A stretch of 52,012 nt of DNA from Deltaproteobacteria bacterium (GCA_019306185.1 JAFDMD010000016.1:1-52012), one strand, 5' to 3'. Positions 9,499-19,019 are shown, numbered from the stretch's first letter. Numbers and translations are program-made. Notes: a model not told the origin generated them from the sequence alone.

Positions 9499-9906
9499 TC
9501 AATCAAGCATTAAATCTTTTATAAATTCCGGCGGGCGTATAACCTTATGCTCGGAATTTATAAAAGCATGTTTTGTAAACCCTTTGGCGCAAACTTTTTT
9601 TTCATCTTCGGAAAAGATTGTATATAAAAAGCATATCCCTTTTTTATATTCCGGATCTATCGAGGTTTCGATTATAATAATATCGTCGTAATGTATAGGC
9701 TTTATATATTTGCAGTTTGCCTCGGCTACCGGCAGAAATATTTTTTTCTCCTCTATTGTTTTGTACGTTATCCCGAGATTTCTAAAAAGTTCGTTTCTGC
9801 CGATTTCAAAAAATCTAAAATAATTGGCGTTATATACCACGCCCAGCCTGTCCGTATCTCCGTATATAACTCTATAAGAGACTTTAAAGCTATTATTTTT
9901 CATCAT
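9499..9906 (-). CDS. Acyl-CoA thioesterase, 4HBT/YbgC-like hotdog fold
   Basis: 135 aa with the typical YbgC-family N-terminus (VIYGDTDRLGVVYNANYFRFFEIGRNELFR). Overlaps the 3' end of hom by 14 nt. Confidence 0.8.
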   Translation of the reverse strand: MMKNNSFKVSYRVIYGDTDRLGVVYNANYFRFFEIGRNELFRNLGITYKTIEEKKIFLPVAEANCKYIKPIHYDDIIIIETSIDPEYKKGICFLYTIFSEDEKKVCAKGFTKHAFINSEHKVIRPPEFIKDLMLD

Positions 9907-11203
9907 CTTCTATTCTTATAAATACCGGTTTTTGCAATACAATATCCAAAGCGGATATTTCTTTTAACGCTTTTTTAACTTCCGCTTCCTTTGCAAGATG
10001 AGTAATTATTATAACAGGAACCCCTTCTTGAGGGTTTCTTTCTTTTTGATGAACAGATTTTATGCTTATGCCGTAGGCGCCGAGTATTCCGGCAACTAAC
10101 GATAAAACGTTGGGCTTGTCTAAAAGAAAAAATCTAAAATAATAATTGGTTAAAATATCCTCTATCGGCGTAACCGGCTTGCTTTTTATTTGAGCGGGCA
10201 TAAATCCGGCAATCGGGATTCTTGTTTTTGCATTAAAAAGTATGTTTCTTGCAATATCTATTATATCTCCTACAACCGCGCTTGCGGTAGGCATCATACC
10301 CGCGCCGTAACCGCATAGCATAAGCTCGCCCACGGCGTCTCCGAATACTGAAATTGCATTTAAGGAACCGTCTATTTTAGCAAGCATGTTGTTTATAGGT
10401 ATCATTGTAGGATGAATTCTGGCTTCGATGGAGTTTCCCAAATCTTTTGTTATTGCAAGAAGTTTTATTAAATAGCCGAACTCTTTTGCATATTTAATGT
10501 CGGTTTTGGTAATGCCGGTTATTCCTTCTATATAAAGATCGTCGAAATTTATTTTTGTTCCGTAAGCCAAAGAGGCTATTATTGCGGTTTTATGAGCGGT
10601 ATCAAAACCTTCTATATCAAAGGTAGGGTCCGCTTCGGCATATCCGTTTGCCTGAGCTTGAGCAAGCGCGTCTTTAAACTCCATTCCTTTGTTTGCAATT
10701 TGAGATAATATATAATTGCATGTGCCGTTTAATATGCCGTTGACCGCGGTTATATTGTTGCCCGCAAGCGATTCTCTAATGCTTTTTATTATTGGTATTG
10801 CGCCGCCTACGCTTGCTTCGTAAGCTATATCTACGCCGTTTTTATACGCAAGCTCAAATAGCTCTTCTCCGGCTTCCGCCAAAAGAGCTTTATTTGCGGT
10901 AACTACATGTTTTTTGTTTTTAAGCGCTTTTATAATGAATTCTTTGGCGATTGTTTTTCCGCCTATCATTTCTACTATAATATCGATTTTGTCGTCGTTT
11001 ATTACTTCAAAAACGTCATTTGTAAGGGTTCCTTTTTCAAAAACAACCCCTCTTTTTTTATTGAGATCAATATCCGCAGCCTTTTTTAAATGCAGATTCG
11101 CCCCGGTTTTTTTTTTTATGATCTCCTTATTTTCTATAAGGATTTTTGCGGTTCCGGTTCCTACTGTGCCAAGTCCTAACAGCCCTATATTGAGTTTTTT
11201 CAT
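9893..11203 (-). CDS. hom: Homoserine dehydrogenase
   Basis: NAD-binding N-terminus MKKLNIGLLGLGTVGTG, a catalytic domain and a C-terminal ACT domain. I place the start at the ATG at 11203, preceded by GAGGG, rather than the ORF-track start at 11335, because that 44-aa extension runs into a non-coding repeat. Confidence 0.92.
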   Translation of the reverse strand: MKKLNIGLLGLGTVGTGTAKILIENKEIIKKKTGANLHLKKAADIDLNKKRGVVFEKGTLTNDVFEVINDDKIDIIVEMIGGKTIAKEFIIKALKNKKHVVTANKALLAEAGEELFELAYKNGVDIAYEASVGGAIPIIKSIRESLAGNNITAVNGILNGTCNYILSQIANKGMEFKDALAQAQANGYAEADPTFDIEGFDTAHKTAIIASLAYGTKINFDDLYIEGITGITKTDIKYAKEFGYLIKLLAITKDLGNSIEARIHPTMIPINNMLAKIDGSLNAISVFGDAVGELMLCGYGAGMMPTASAVVGDIIDIARNILFNAKTRIPIAGFMPAQIKSKPVTPIEDILTNYYFRFFLLDKPNVLSLVAGILGAYGISIKSVHQKERNPQEGVPVIIITHLAKEAEVKKALKEISALDIVLQKPVFIRIEDDEK

Positions 11204-11304
11204 TATTCCCTCTATTATATTTAGTCGGATAACTTTGTAGTTTGCCCGTTTGCGGCGTTGAAAATTTTTTTTAATCCTCGAAATACCACATGTATTCCTC
11301 CGGT

Positions 11305-11935
11305 TAAAAAAATTTTTCGCCTTGCAAACAAACAAACTACTTTGTTATCCGGCAAAATTAATCATTATTCATTAGACAAATGAATAACCTGTTTTGTTAC
11401 AAATCAAAAAAAATTTTGCTTTGCAAACAAACCGTTTTGTTACAAATCAAAAAAAAATCGTCTTGCAAACAAACAAACCGTTTTGTTATCCGACAAAATT
11501 AATCATTATATTTTACAATTAAAAGTCATTATTCATTAGATAGATAAACAAACCGTTTTGTTACAAATTAAAAAAAAATCGTCTTGCAAACAAACAAACC
11601 GTTTTGTTATCCGATAAAATTAATCATTTTATTTTGCGATTAAAAGTCATTATTCATTAGATAAATGAATAAACCGTTTTGTTACAAATTAAAAAAAAAT
11701 CGTCTTGCAAACAAACAAATTGCTTTGTTATCCGATAAAATTAATCATTTTATTTTGCGATTAAAAGTCATTATTCATTAGATAAATGAATAAACCGTTT
11801 TGTTACAAATTAAAAAAAAATCGTCTTGCAAACGAAGAAATTGCTTTGTTATCCGACAAAATTAATCATTTTATTTTGCAATTAAAAGTCATTATTCATT
11901 AGATAAATGAATAAACTGTTTTGTTACAAATCAAA
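11305..11935. repeat. Tandem array of about five ~120-bp units (first unit shortened)
   Basis: The string TCGTCTTGCAAACAAACAAA recurs at 11458, 11579, 11700 and 11820 (the last copy diverging to AACGAAGAAA), a period of 120-121 nt, with a diverged copy near 11318. Full-length units are highly similar along their whole length. Each carries two AAACCGTTTTGTTA sub-repeats and small inverted repeats (TTATTCATT-AGATA-AATGAATAA; ATAAAAT-TAATC-ATTTTAT). Confidence 0.9.
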
Positions 11936-12019
11936 ATATTATTATGTTGCGTAATTAAAAAATAGATAAACAAACAACCTGTCTTGTCAACTAAAGCAAA
12001 AAATTCCTTAATATTTTTA

Positions 12020-13186
12020 TTATAAAACTTTTTTAATTCCTCTTAAAGCCTGATGAATTCGCATTTCATTTTCTATAAGAGCAAAGCGAACGTAATCGTC
12101 TCCGTATTCCCCGAAACCAAGCCCGGGAGATACGGCAACTTTAGCCTCGTTTATAAGAAATTTAGAAAATTCTACGGAACCCATTTTTATATATTTATCC
12201 GGTATTTTGCCCCATACAAACATTGTTCCTTTGGGGGCGGGTATATGCCATCCTATTTTATCAAGCCCTGTTATCAGAGCGTCCCGTCTTTTTTTGTATG
12301 TTTCGCATATTTCGGAAACGCAACTTTGATCTTCGTTTAAAGCTATTATGGAGGCGATTTGAATTGGTTGAAATATACCGTAATCAAGATAAGATTTAAT
12401 TCTGCGAAGCGCGCTTATAACCTCTTTGTTGCCTACGCAAAAACCTACTCTCCAACCCGCCATGCTGTAGCTTTTGGACATTGAAAAGAATTCTACGCCT
12501 ACATCTTTTGCCCCTTTTGCCTGTAGAAAGCTGGGCGGCTTATAACCGTCAAAAGATATATCCGCATATGCAAGGTCGTGTATTACGATTATATTATGTT
12601 CTTTTGCATAATCCACTATTTTTTCAAAGAATTTTAAATCAACCACTTCGGTGGTAGGATTATGAGGATAGCATAAAATTAAAACTTTAGGTTTAGGCCA
12701 TGTTTGTCTTGTCGCGTCCATAAGGTTTTTAAAAAAATCCTGTTCCGGACCCGTAGGAATTCCGCGAACGTCTCCTCCTGCAATTATAGCCGAAAAAGGA
12801 TGTATAGGATATGTAGGGGTAGGAGTAAAAACTACCTCGCCGGGTCTGATTGCCACAAGTATAAGATGCGACATACCCTCTTTTACTCCGATTGTTACTA
12901 TTGCTTCTTGATCCGGGTCTATATCTACGTCGTATTTTTTTTTATACCGATTAGCGATCGCAAGACGAAGTTTGGTAATGCCCATTGACGCGGAATATCT
13001 GTGGTTATGAGGTTTTTTAGCCGCTTCTATAAGCTTATCCACTATATGCCGCGGCGTTCCCAAATCGGGATTGCCCATACCAAGATCAATAATATCCTCT
13101 CCTTTGTGTCTTGCTTCCATCTTAATTCTATTTACGGTGGCAAATACATAAGGAGGCAGCCTATCTAATCTTGCGAATTTTCTCAT
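12020..13186 (-). CDS. Class I/II PLP-dependent aminotransferase (AlaC/AspC-like)
   Basis: 388 aa. N-terminus LPPYVFATV...[15 protein letters not shown] and the PLP-lysine region [16 protein letters not shown] are typical of this family. Substrate cannot be assigned from sequence alone. Confidence 0.88.
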   Translation of the reverse strand: MRKFARLDRLPPYVFATVNRIKMEARHKGEDIIDLGMGNPDLGTPRHIVDKLIEAAKKPHNHRYSASMGITKLRLAIANRYKKKYDVDIDPDQEAIVTIGVKEGMSHLILVAIRPGEVVFTPTPTYPIHPFSAIIAGGDVRGIPTGPEQDFFKNLMDATRQTWPKPKVLILCYPHNPTTEVVDLKFFEKIVDYAKEHNIIVIHDLAYADISFDGYKPPSFLQAKGAKDVGVEFFSMSKSYSMAGWRVGFCVGNKEVISALRRIKSYLDYGIFQPIQIASIIALNEDQSCVSEICETYKKRRDALITGLDKIGWHIPAPKGTMFVWGKIPDKYIKMGSVEFSKFLINEAKVAVSPGLGFGEYGDDYVRFALIENEMRIHQALRGIKKVL

Positions 13187-13498
13187 TGGTATTCTCCTTT
13201 TAATAATTAAAAGATAATTTCCTATGTTTTAACGCCGATTATGTCAAGAACGATTTGTTTTGCTTATATTGCTTATAATGTTCTTTAATGTTATATCTTA
13301 TCCGTTTATTTTTCTACTATGAAATTCCCCCCGCTTTTTTTTGTTGAGGTTATAAATAAAAAAAAGATTTTTGTTTTATCAATAATAAGAGGGAAGGTCT
13401 TTATAAAATATAGATAGATTTCAATAAAATGATTTAAAAAGATTTGTTGGACTGAGTAATAAGCGTATGCTGATTTAAATCAATTCGTCTATGTCCGA

Positions 13499-13617
13499 GT
13501 TTGTTTGCTCCGCTTTTTGCTTGTTGTCTCGGATTTTCGGCTTTGTTTTCACACTTTTTTACGAAAAACCAGCCGGAAATTGTTTCATAGACAACAAGAG
13601 GCGCTACGCAAATAAAC
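13499..13617 (+). ncRNA. Candidate structured RNA / long imperfect hairpin (function unknown)
   Basis: Four co-linear helices: 13499-13508/13608-13617, 13520-13529/13589-13598 (perfect 10 bp), 13533-13542/13571-13580, and 13545-13550/13563-13569. The two non-Watson-Crick pairs are G-T/T-G, which pair only in a plus-strand RNA. Weaker pairing extends out to about 13447/13668. Confidence 0.3.
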
Positions 13618-13702
13618 TTTGAACATATCCTTTCCGAAGCATTCTTTATGGCATACTTTTACAATCAATTTATAGTAATCAGGCTATAATAAGAGGATTT
13701 TT

Positions 13703-15496
13703 ATGAAGTTTAAAATAATTATTATATCAATTTTGTTATTAATGTTTCCGTTTTTTATAGATCAAGTCGCGGCGGAAGAGCTTTCTAAAGATATTGTATG
13801 GGAAACCAACGATTCGGATGCCGTATTTTCTTCGGATAAGGCTAAAAAAGGCGGAACTTTACATTTATCGTTATTAAGCTTTCCTATGACCTTTAGAACC
13901 GTAGGTCCTGATTCCAACGGAGCTTTTAGAAGCGCAATATTGGATAATCAGCTTGGCTTAATAGGCATACATCCCAACACTTTAAATATTATACCGGAAA
14001 TAGCGACTCATTGGGCGTTCGGAAAAGATAAAAAAAGTATGTATTTCAAGCTTAATAAAAAGGCAAAGTGGTCGGACGGCAAACCGGTAACCGCTCATGA
14101 TTTTGCATATACTTTGGAATTTATGCGCTCGAAACATATTATTGCGCCTTGGTATAACGATTATTATACCAAAGAGATTGAGAAAGTAACGGTATTTGAC
14201 GATTATACTTTGGCGGTAGTTTCTTCAAAGCCTGTTCCTGATTTGCATTTAAAATTGGCTATTATTCCGATTCCAAAGCATTATTACGCGCCGCTTGATA
14301 AGGATTTCGTCCGAAAATATAATTGGAAGATAGCTCCTAACACGGGACCTTATAAAATTTCCGATTTTAAAAAAGGAAAGCATATAAAATTTAAAAGAAA
14401 AAAGGGTTGGTGGGGAAAAGACCTTAAATATTTTAAAAACAGATTTAACGTAGATAGAGTAATATTTGAAGTGATTAGAGATTTTAATATAAGCTGGGAA
14501 TATTTTAAAAAAGGTAAAATAGATGTTTTTTCTCTTAATTTTCCAAAATATTGGCATGTTAAGTCGGATACCGGAGTTTTTAAAAAAGGATATATTCATA
14601 AGATATGGTTTTTTAACAACACTCAACGATCAGCGTCCGGAATGTGGCTTAACTGCGATAGAAAAATATTCGCAGATAAAAATATCAGATACGCTTTTGC
14701 CCATGCTATGAATATAGAAAAGGTTATCTCCGAAATATTACGAAACGACTATTCCAGACTTCAGCAGGCATATGTAGGCTACGGCGAATATAGTAACCCC
14801 GATATAAAAGCCCGAAAATTTGATATGGAAAAGGTAGATTTTTATATGAAAAAATCCGGGTGGACAAGGGGGGAAGACGGAATATGGGCAAAAAAGGGAA
14901 AACGTTTTGAGGTAGAAGTTGTATATGGCATCGAAGAGCATACTCCGCGTCTTGTGGTTTTAAAGGAGGAGGCAAAAAAAGCGGGCATTGAGATTAGGCT
15001 TCAAAAGATGGATCCTTCGGCTCTTTTTAAAAAGATTTTAGAAAAAAAACATGACGTAGCATGGATGGGATGGAGCGTTTCTTTACGTCCTCAATATTGG
15101 GAGTTTTTTCATTCCGCAAACGCTCATAAGCCGCAGACTAATAATATAACGAATATTGACGATCCCGAGATGGACGCTTTAATAGATTCTTTTAGAAATT
15201 CTTTGAACGAACAGGAGAGGAGCAAGCTTTCCCGCGAAATTCAAAAAAAGGCGCATGAAGCCGGAGTTTTTGTTCCGACTTTTATGACGCCTTATGTAAG
15301 GCTTGGATATTGGAGATGGTGGAGGCTTCCGGAAATACCCGGCGTTAAAAAAAGCGAAGACCTGTTTGACCCGTTTTCCGTTATGACCGGCGGGCTTTTT
15401 TGGTTTGATAAAGGCTTATATGAAGAGACGAAAAAGGGTATGAAACGGGGCGTAAGTTTTGAGCCTGCAACCATTATAGACGATCGATACAAATAA
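13703..15496 (+). CDS. ABC transporter substrate-binding protein, family 5 (OppA/YejA-like)
   Basis: 597 aa with a signal peptide (MKFKIIIISILLLMFPFFIDQVAA) and the size and overall sequence character of periplasmic SBP_bac_5 proteins. No permease or ATPase genes are adjacent. Confidence 0.75.
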   Translation: MKFKIIIISILLLMFPFFIDQVAAEELSKDIVWETNDSDAVFSSDKAKKGGTLHLSLLSFPMTFRTVGPDSNGAFRSAILDNQLGLIGIHPNTLNIIPEIATHWAFGKDKKSMYFKLNKKAKWSDGKPVTAHDFAYTLEFMRSKHIIAPWYNDYYTKEIEKVTVFDDYTLAVVSSKPVPDLHLKLAIIPIPKHYYAPLDKDFVRKYNWKIAPNTGPYKISDFKKGKHIKFKRKKGWWGKDLKYFKNRFNVDRVIFEVIRDFNISWEYFKKGKIDVFSLNFPKYWHVKSDTGVFKKGYIHKIWFFNNTQRSASGMWLNCDRKIFADKNIRYAFAHAMNIEKVISEILRNDYSRLQQAYVGYGEYSNPDIKARKFDMEKVDFYMKKSGWTRGEDGIWAKKGKRFEVEVVYGIEEHTPRLVVLKEEAKKAGIEIRLQKMDPSALFKKILEKKHDVAWMGWSVSLRPQYWEFFHSANAHKPQTNNITNIDDPEMDALIDSFRNSLNEQERSKLSREIQKKAHEAGVFVPTFMTPYVRLGYWRWWRLPEIPGVKKSEDLFDPFSVMTGGLFWFDKGLYEETKKGMKRGVSFEPATIIDDRYK

Positions 15497-15562
15497 ACGG
15501 TTTATCCGTTTAAAGAGTTGAAATTTTTTCGTTTTGCAAAACCGGACTTCCTCTATAATTAG

Positions 15563-15875
15563 TCTATACTGAAAAAGTATAATACATATTGTAATTATTA
15601 TAGATTTTAAGAAAGATAGGGTGAAATATTTGCAAGGAACTTAGTATTAATTTTAATATTTTTTTGCAAATTTTAAGAAAAAATCCTCATTATTAAAAGA
15701 TATTAATCATAAGAAATAATGATTAAATTCGGGCAAAAGATTAAAGGATAAAGGCAATAATAAAGGGATTTCTCCCTTCGGTCGAAATGACAGGCAAAAA
15801 TTACTTCCTGTTATGGCGAGACCTTTATTTTTACTTGTCATTTCGACGAGCAAAGCGAGGAGAAATCCCTTAATA
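15563..15875. repeat. Composite dispersed repeat, copy 2 (reverse orientation relative to copies at 311-620 and 50001-50308)
   Basis: Reverse complement of the ATTATACTTTTT...TTGCAAGAAAATATTAA module, followed by the unit pair GGGATTTCTCCCTTCGGTCGAAATGACAGG (15765-15794) and TGTCATTTCGACGAGCAAAGCGAGGAGAAATCCC (15837-15870). Confidence 0.8.
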
Positions 15876-15943
15876 AAAAGCGATAAATAATAGATATTGC
15901 AAAACAGTTTAAGCTTAAAATGTAGGTTTCGGCATCGAACAAA

Positions 15944-15972
15944 GTAGGGACAGAACATTGTTCTGTCCCTAC
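15944..15972. repeat. Perfect palindrome GTAGGGACAGAAC-ATT-GTTCTGTCCCTAC (13-bp stem, 3-nt loop)
   Basis: Read directly from the sequence. It lies in the ~1.1-kb gene-free region between convergent genes, between two oppositely oriented repeat copies. Confidence 0.8.
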
Positions 15973-16140
15973 GGAATATTAACGGCTTGCCTTCCCTATA
16001 AATATTTATAAAATTTTAAAGCCTCCATAAGCTTACCTTAAGCGCAAGTTGAGTTTTTGCTTTCTAACCAAAACCAAACCGAAAATCCTCGACGGCAAGA
16101 GCCTCTTTGCAAATAAAACTATCGCTTTTGATAGTAATGA

Positions 16141-16500
16141 GTATTTCTTCTTAATATTTGCAAGAAAATATTAAGAAGAGTATTGAACGCTTACAAATAT
16201 CTCACCTTGTTTTTTATAAAATTTGCAATAACTTCAATATATAATATACTTTTTCAGCGCCAATAATTAAGAGGTTTCTCCTCGCTTCGTTTGTTCGAAA
16301 TGACAAACCCAAACAACTTTCGGCGAAGAGACGGGAAAAAATCACTTTCCGTTATTTTGATAAATTTTATTTTTGCCTGTCATTTCGTGCGCGGCGAGAA
16401 ATTTCTTGATTAAAAGCGATAAAGTAATAACAAAGCGATAAATAGTCGAAATGACAAGTATCGCTTCATGTCATTTCAAATTATAGTAACTTGGCTATAT
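16141..16500. repeat. Composite dispersed repeat, copy 3 (TTAATATTTGCAAGAAAATATTAA module, then GGTTTCTCC...CGAAATGACA units and a CAAATTATAGTAACTT tail)
   Basis: 16148-16256 matches the module at 507-618 and 50194-50308. The units at 16271-16306 and 16376-16404 and the tail at 16470-16500 match 50331-50415. Confidence 0.75.
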
Positions 16501-16572
16501 AATGAAATGCGTTGACGATAAAGTTTTTTAAAAATTTATTATAAAAGCGGATTGGCAGGTTTTTTTGGATTT

Positions 16573-16609
16573 AATAAGGCGGCTTTTTGTAGAATAAAGC
16601 CGCCTTATT
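16573..16609. terminator. Hairpin terminator candidate downstream of the TAXI receptor gene (possibly bidirectional)
   Basis: Perfect 14-bp stem AATAAGGCGGCTTT / AAAGCCGCCTTATT with a 9-nt loop, 28 nt past the stop of 16637-17605. The outer A/T pairs can serve as a U-tract in either orientation. Confidence 0.5.
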
Positions 16610-16636
16610 AAAGAGGATAGATGGATTATGATTGTT

Positions 16637-17605
16637 TTATTTTAATATGCCTTTTTCTTTCCAGAATTTTTCGGCTCCCGGATGTAACGGGGTTACTACT
16701 CCGTTTACGCCTGTTTCTAAGCTCATAGCTTCAAAAACTTTTTTCTGTTCGCGCATATGAGCAAGTCCTTCGTCCGTATAGATTAAGGATAGCATTTTAT
16801 ATACGAGTTCCGCATCGACATCTTTGTTGGCTACTAACAAAGTGGAATCTTGAAAAGACGGGGCGTCCTGATCGACTCCTTTGTATGTTCCGGCGGGAAT
16901 GCTTACTTTTGAAAAGTAAGGATATTCTTTAAAGAAACCGGTAGCTTCCGCGTCCGCGTTAAGATCGATCATCGCTATATCGTTGGTTTGAGCCGCCATA
17001 ATAACCGCTCCGCTCGGAAATGCGGTAAAAAGCCAAAAAGCGTCAAGCTGATTGTTGCCGAAAGCGTTTGCCGCATCATTATATCCCATAGCGTTTCTTT
17101 CTATTTTATCCCATATGCCGAGATGACTAAAGAACATTTCGCAGTTTGCAAAAGCTCCTGATCCCGCATTGCCTACGCCCACTTTTTTACCTTCTAAATC
17201 TTTGCAACTTTTTATGCCGGATCCTTTTTTAACTACAAGCTGAGCCGGAGCGCCGTAAAGATATGCCACAGCCATAACATTTTCGTATTTCTTAGGGTCG
17301 GCTTTCATTTTTCCTTCTCTGCCAAGCCATACGTGTCCCGAATACACTACGCCGAAATGAGACTTTCCGGAATTTATTTTTCTTAAATTTTCAACCGATC
17401 CCGCAGAAGACTGAGCTTGGATGTTGTAGCCTTCAAGGGCTTTTACAGGGTCATAAACCTGAATTGCATTAGCCACAACCTGAAATGTTCCGCCTGCGGG
17501 TCCTCCGCCGACTACCACTCTTTTTTTACCCGCATAAGCTGAGCCTGCAAAGATAAAGACTACGGCGATTAATCCTATTAATATGCCAATAAAACTTTTT
17601 TTCAT
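16637..17605 (-). CDS. TRAP transporter solute receptor, TAXI family
   Basis: 322 aa with a signal peptide and the TAXI-type motif VVGGGPAGGTFQVVANAI. No DctQ/DctM permease gene is nearby. Confidence 0.8.
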   Translation of the reverse strand: MKKSFIGILIGLIAVVFIFAGSAYAGKKRVVVGGGPAGGTFQVVANAIQVYDPVKALEGYNIQAQSSAGSVENLRKINSGKSHFGVVYSGHVWLGREGKMKADPKKYENVMAVAYLYGAPAQLVVKKGSGIKSCKDLEGKKVGVGNAGSGAFANCEMFFSHLGIWDKIERNAMGYNDAANAFGNNQLDAFWLFTAFPSGAVIMAAQTNDIAMIDLNADAEATGFFKEYPYFSKVSIPAGTYKGVDQDAPSFQDSTLLVANKDVDAELVYKMLSLIYTDEGLAHMREQKKVFEAMSLETGVNGVVTPLHPGAEKFWKEKGILK

Positions 17606-17807
17606 AATTACGTTCCTTTCTTTAACATTTAAATAATTTTGTAAAGCCTCTCTGATAACTGTTTATGTTTCGCGTTATAACGCAAAATTTTGTTATCAAG
17701 CGCCGTTACAATTTGAAAATTCAACGCTTCTCATTAGAGATTTATATAAAATATTGCGAAACTATGCAAGGGTAATTTGCTCATGCAAATTTGCCCGCCT
17801 CTTTTGT

Positions 17808-19019
17808 TTAATCCGCTTTTTTTCTTAAAAATGTAGGTATATCCAATTCATCTTCGTTAATATCTTCGCCTTGCGTATATATTCCTTTATAGCCGGACTT
17901 TTGATTGTTTTCGGATGTTTTAAGTTTTCGGATGTAAGCGGGCGTCTCCTGTTCCCCCTCCGATTTTTTATAATGCTCGGCTTCTGGTTTTTCAGTCCGT
18001 TGACCCGCGCTTAAAATTGGTTTTACTTTGTCGCTTTTTTGATAATCCTCATTGTCAAAACCGGAATTTATTCCGGTGGCAATTACCGTAACGCTTACTT
18101 CGTCTCCCATTGTTTCGTCCATCACGGCGCCCCATATAATATCGGCTTTATCTCCGACCTCTTTGTATATGCGATCCGAAGCTTCGCTCATTTCTTGCAT
18201 TGTCAAGCTGCTTGTGCTGCTTATGTTCATAAGAACGCCTTTTGCGTTAGCTATCGATATATCTTCTAATAGGGGATGAGATATTGCTTTTTCCGCAGCC
18301 TCTATCGCCCTGTTTTCTCCTCCGGCTCTGCCTATTCCCATTATTGCCATGCCCGCTCTGTTCATTGTGGTTCTAACGTCTGCAAAATCAAGATTAACAA
18401 GTCCGGGAAGCATGATAAGATCGGTTATTCCTTTTACGGAATGCAGAAGTATTTCGTCCGCTTGCGAAAACATTTCTATTAAAGTGGCATTTTTAGAGGC
18501 TAATCCTCTGAGTCGATCATTTGGAATGGTTATAACCGTATCGGTTACGTCTTTTAAAGTTCTTATTCCTTCTTCCGCCTTTTGCATTCTTTTTTTACCT
18601 TCGAATTTAAAGGGCTTGGTTATGACGGCAACGGTTAATATTCCGAGTTCTTTACATATTTCCGCTATTACAGGCGCGGCTCCGGTTCCTGTTCCGCCTC
18701 CAAAACCTGCGGTAATAAATACCATATGAACATTGTTGCCTATAGCTTCTTCTATCTCTTTTTTGCTTTCTAACGCGGCATTTTTGCCGACATCCGGTTC
18801 CGCTCCCGCTCCGAGCCCTTCGGTAAGGGTTCCTCCTATCTGCACTTTTACGGGCGCTTTTGATATTTCAAGAGCCTGTGAATCCGTATTAGCTGTTATG
18901 AATTGCACGCCTGTAAGATTGGCGCCGATCATGTTGTTTACGGCATTTCCGCCTGCGCCTCCTACTCCGATCACTTTGATTTTTGCGGATTTTTCATTTT
19001 CTACATATCTAAAAGACAT
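17808..19019 (-). CDS. ftsZ: Cell division protein FtsZ
   Basis: Tubulin signature GGGTGTGAAPVIA, N-terminus IKVIGVGGAGGNAVNNM, and the conserved C-terminal peptide DIPTFLRK. Confidence 0.98.
   Translation of the reverse strand: MSFRYVENEKSAKIKVIGVGGAGGNAVNNMIGANLTGVQFITANTDSQALEISKAPVKVQIGGTLTEGLGAGAEPDVGKNAALESKKEIEEAIGNNVHMVFITAGFGGGTGTGAAPVIAEICKELGILTVAVITKPFKFEGKKRMQKAEEGIRTLKDVTDTVITIPNDRLRGLASKNATLIEMFSQADEILLHSVKGITDLIMLPGLVNLDFADVRTTMNRAGMAIMGIGRAGGENRAIEAAEKAISHPLLEDISIANAKGVLMNISSTSSLTMQEMSEASDRIYKEVGDKADIIWGAVMDETMGDEVSVTVIATGINSGFDNEDYQKSDKVKPILSAGQRTEKPEAEHYKKSEGEQETPAYIRKLKTSENNQKSGYKGIYTQGEDINEDELDIPTFLRKKAD

Noticed and set aside
11204-11335. 44-aa N-terminal extension of hom in the ORF track
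   Set aside because: The extension overlaps the TTAATCCTCGAAATAC element and the first tandem unit and is basic junk sequence. The internal ATG at 11203 has a GAGGG ribosome-binding site and gives the canonical MKKLNIGLLGLGTVGTG start.
11305-11935. Possible CRISPR array, because of regularly spaced repeated strings
   Set aside because: The entire ~120-bp unit is repeated with high identity and there are no unique spacers between short repeats. No cas genes are nearby. It is a plain tandem repeat.
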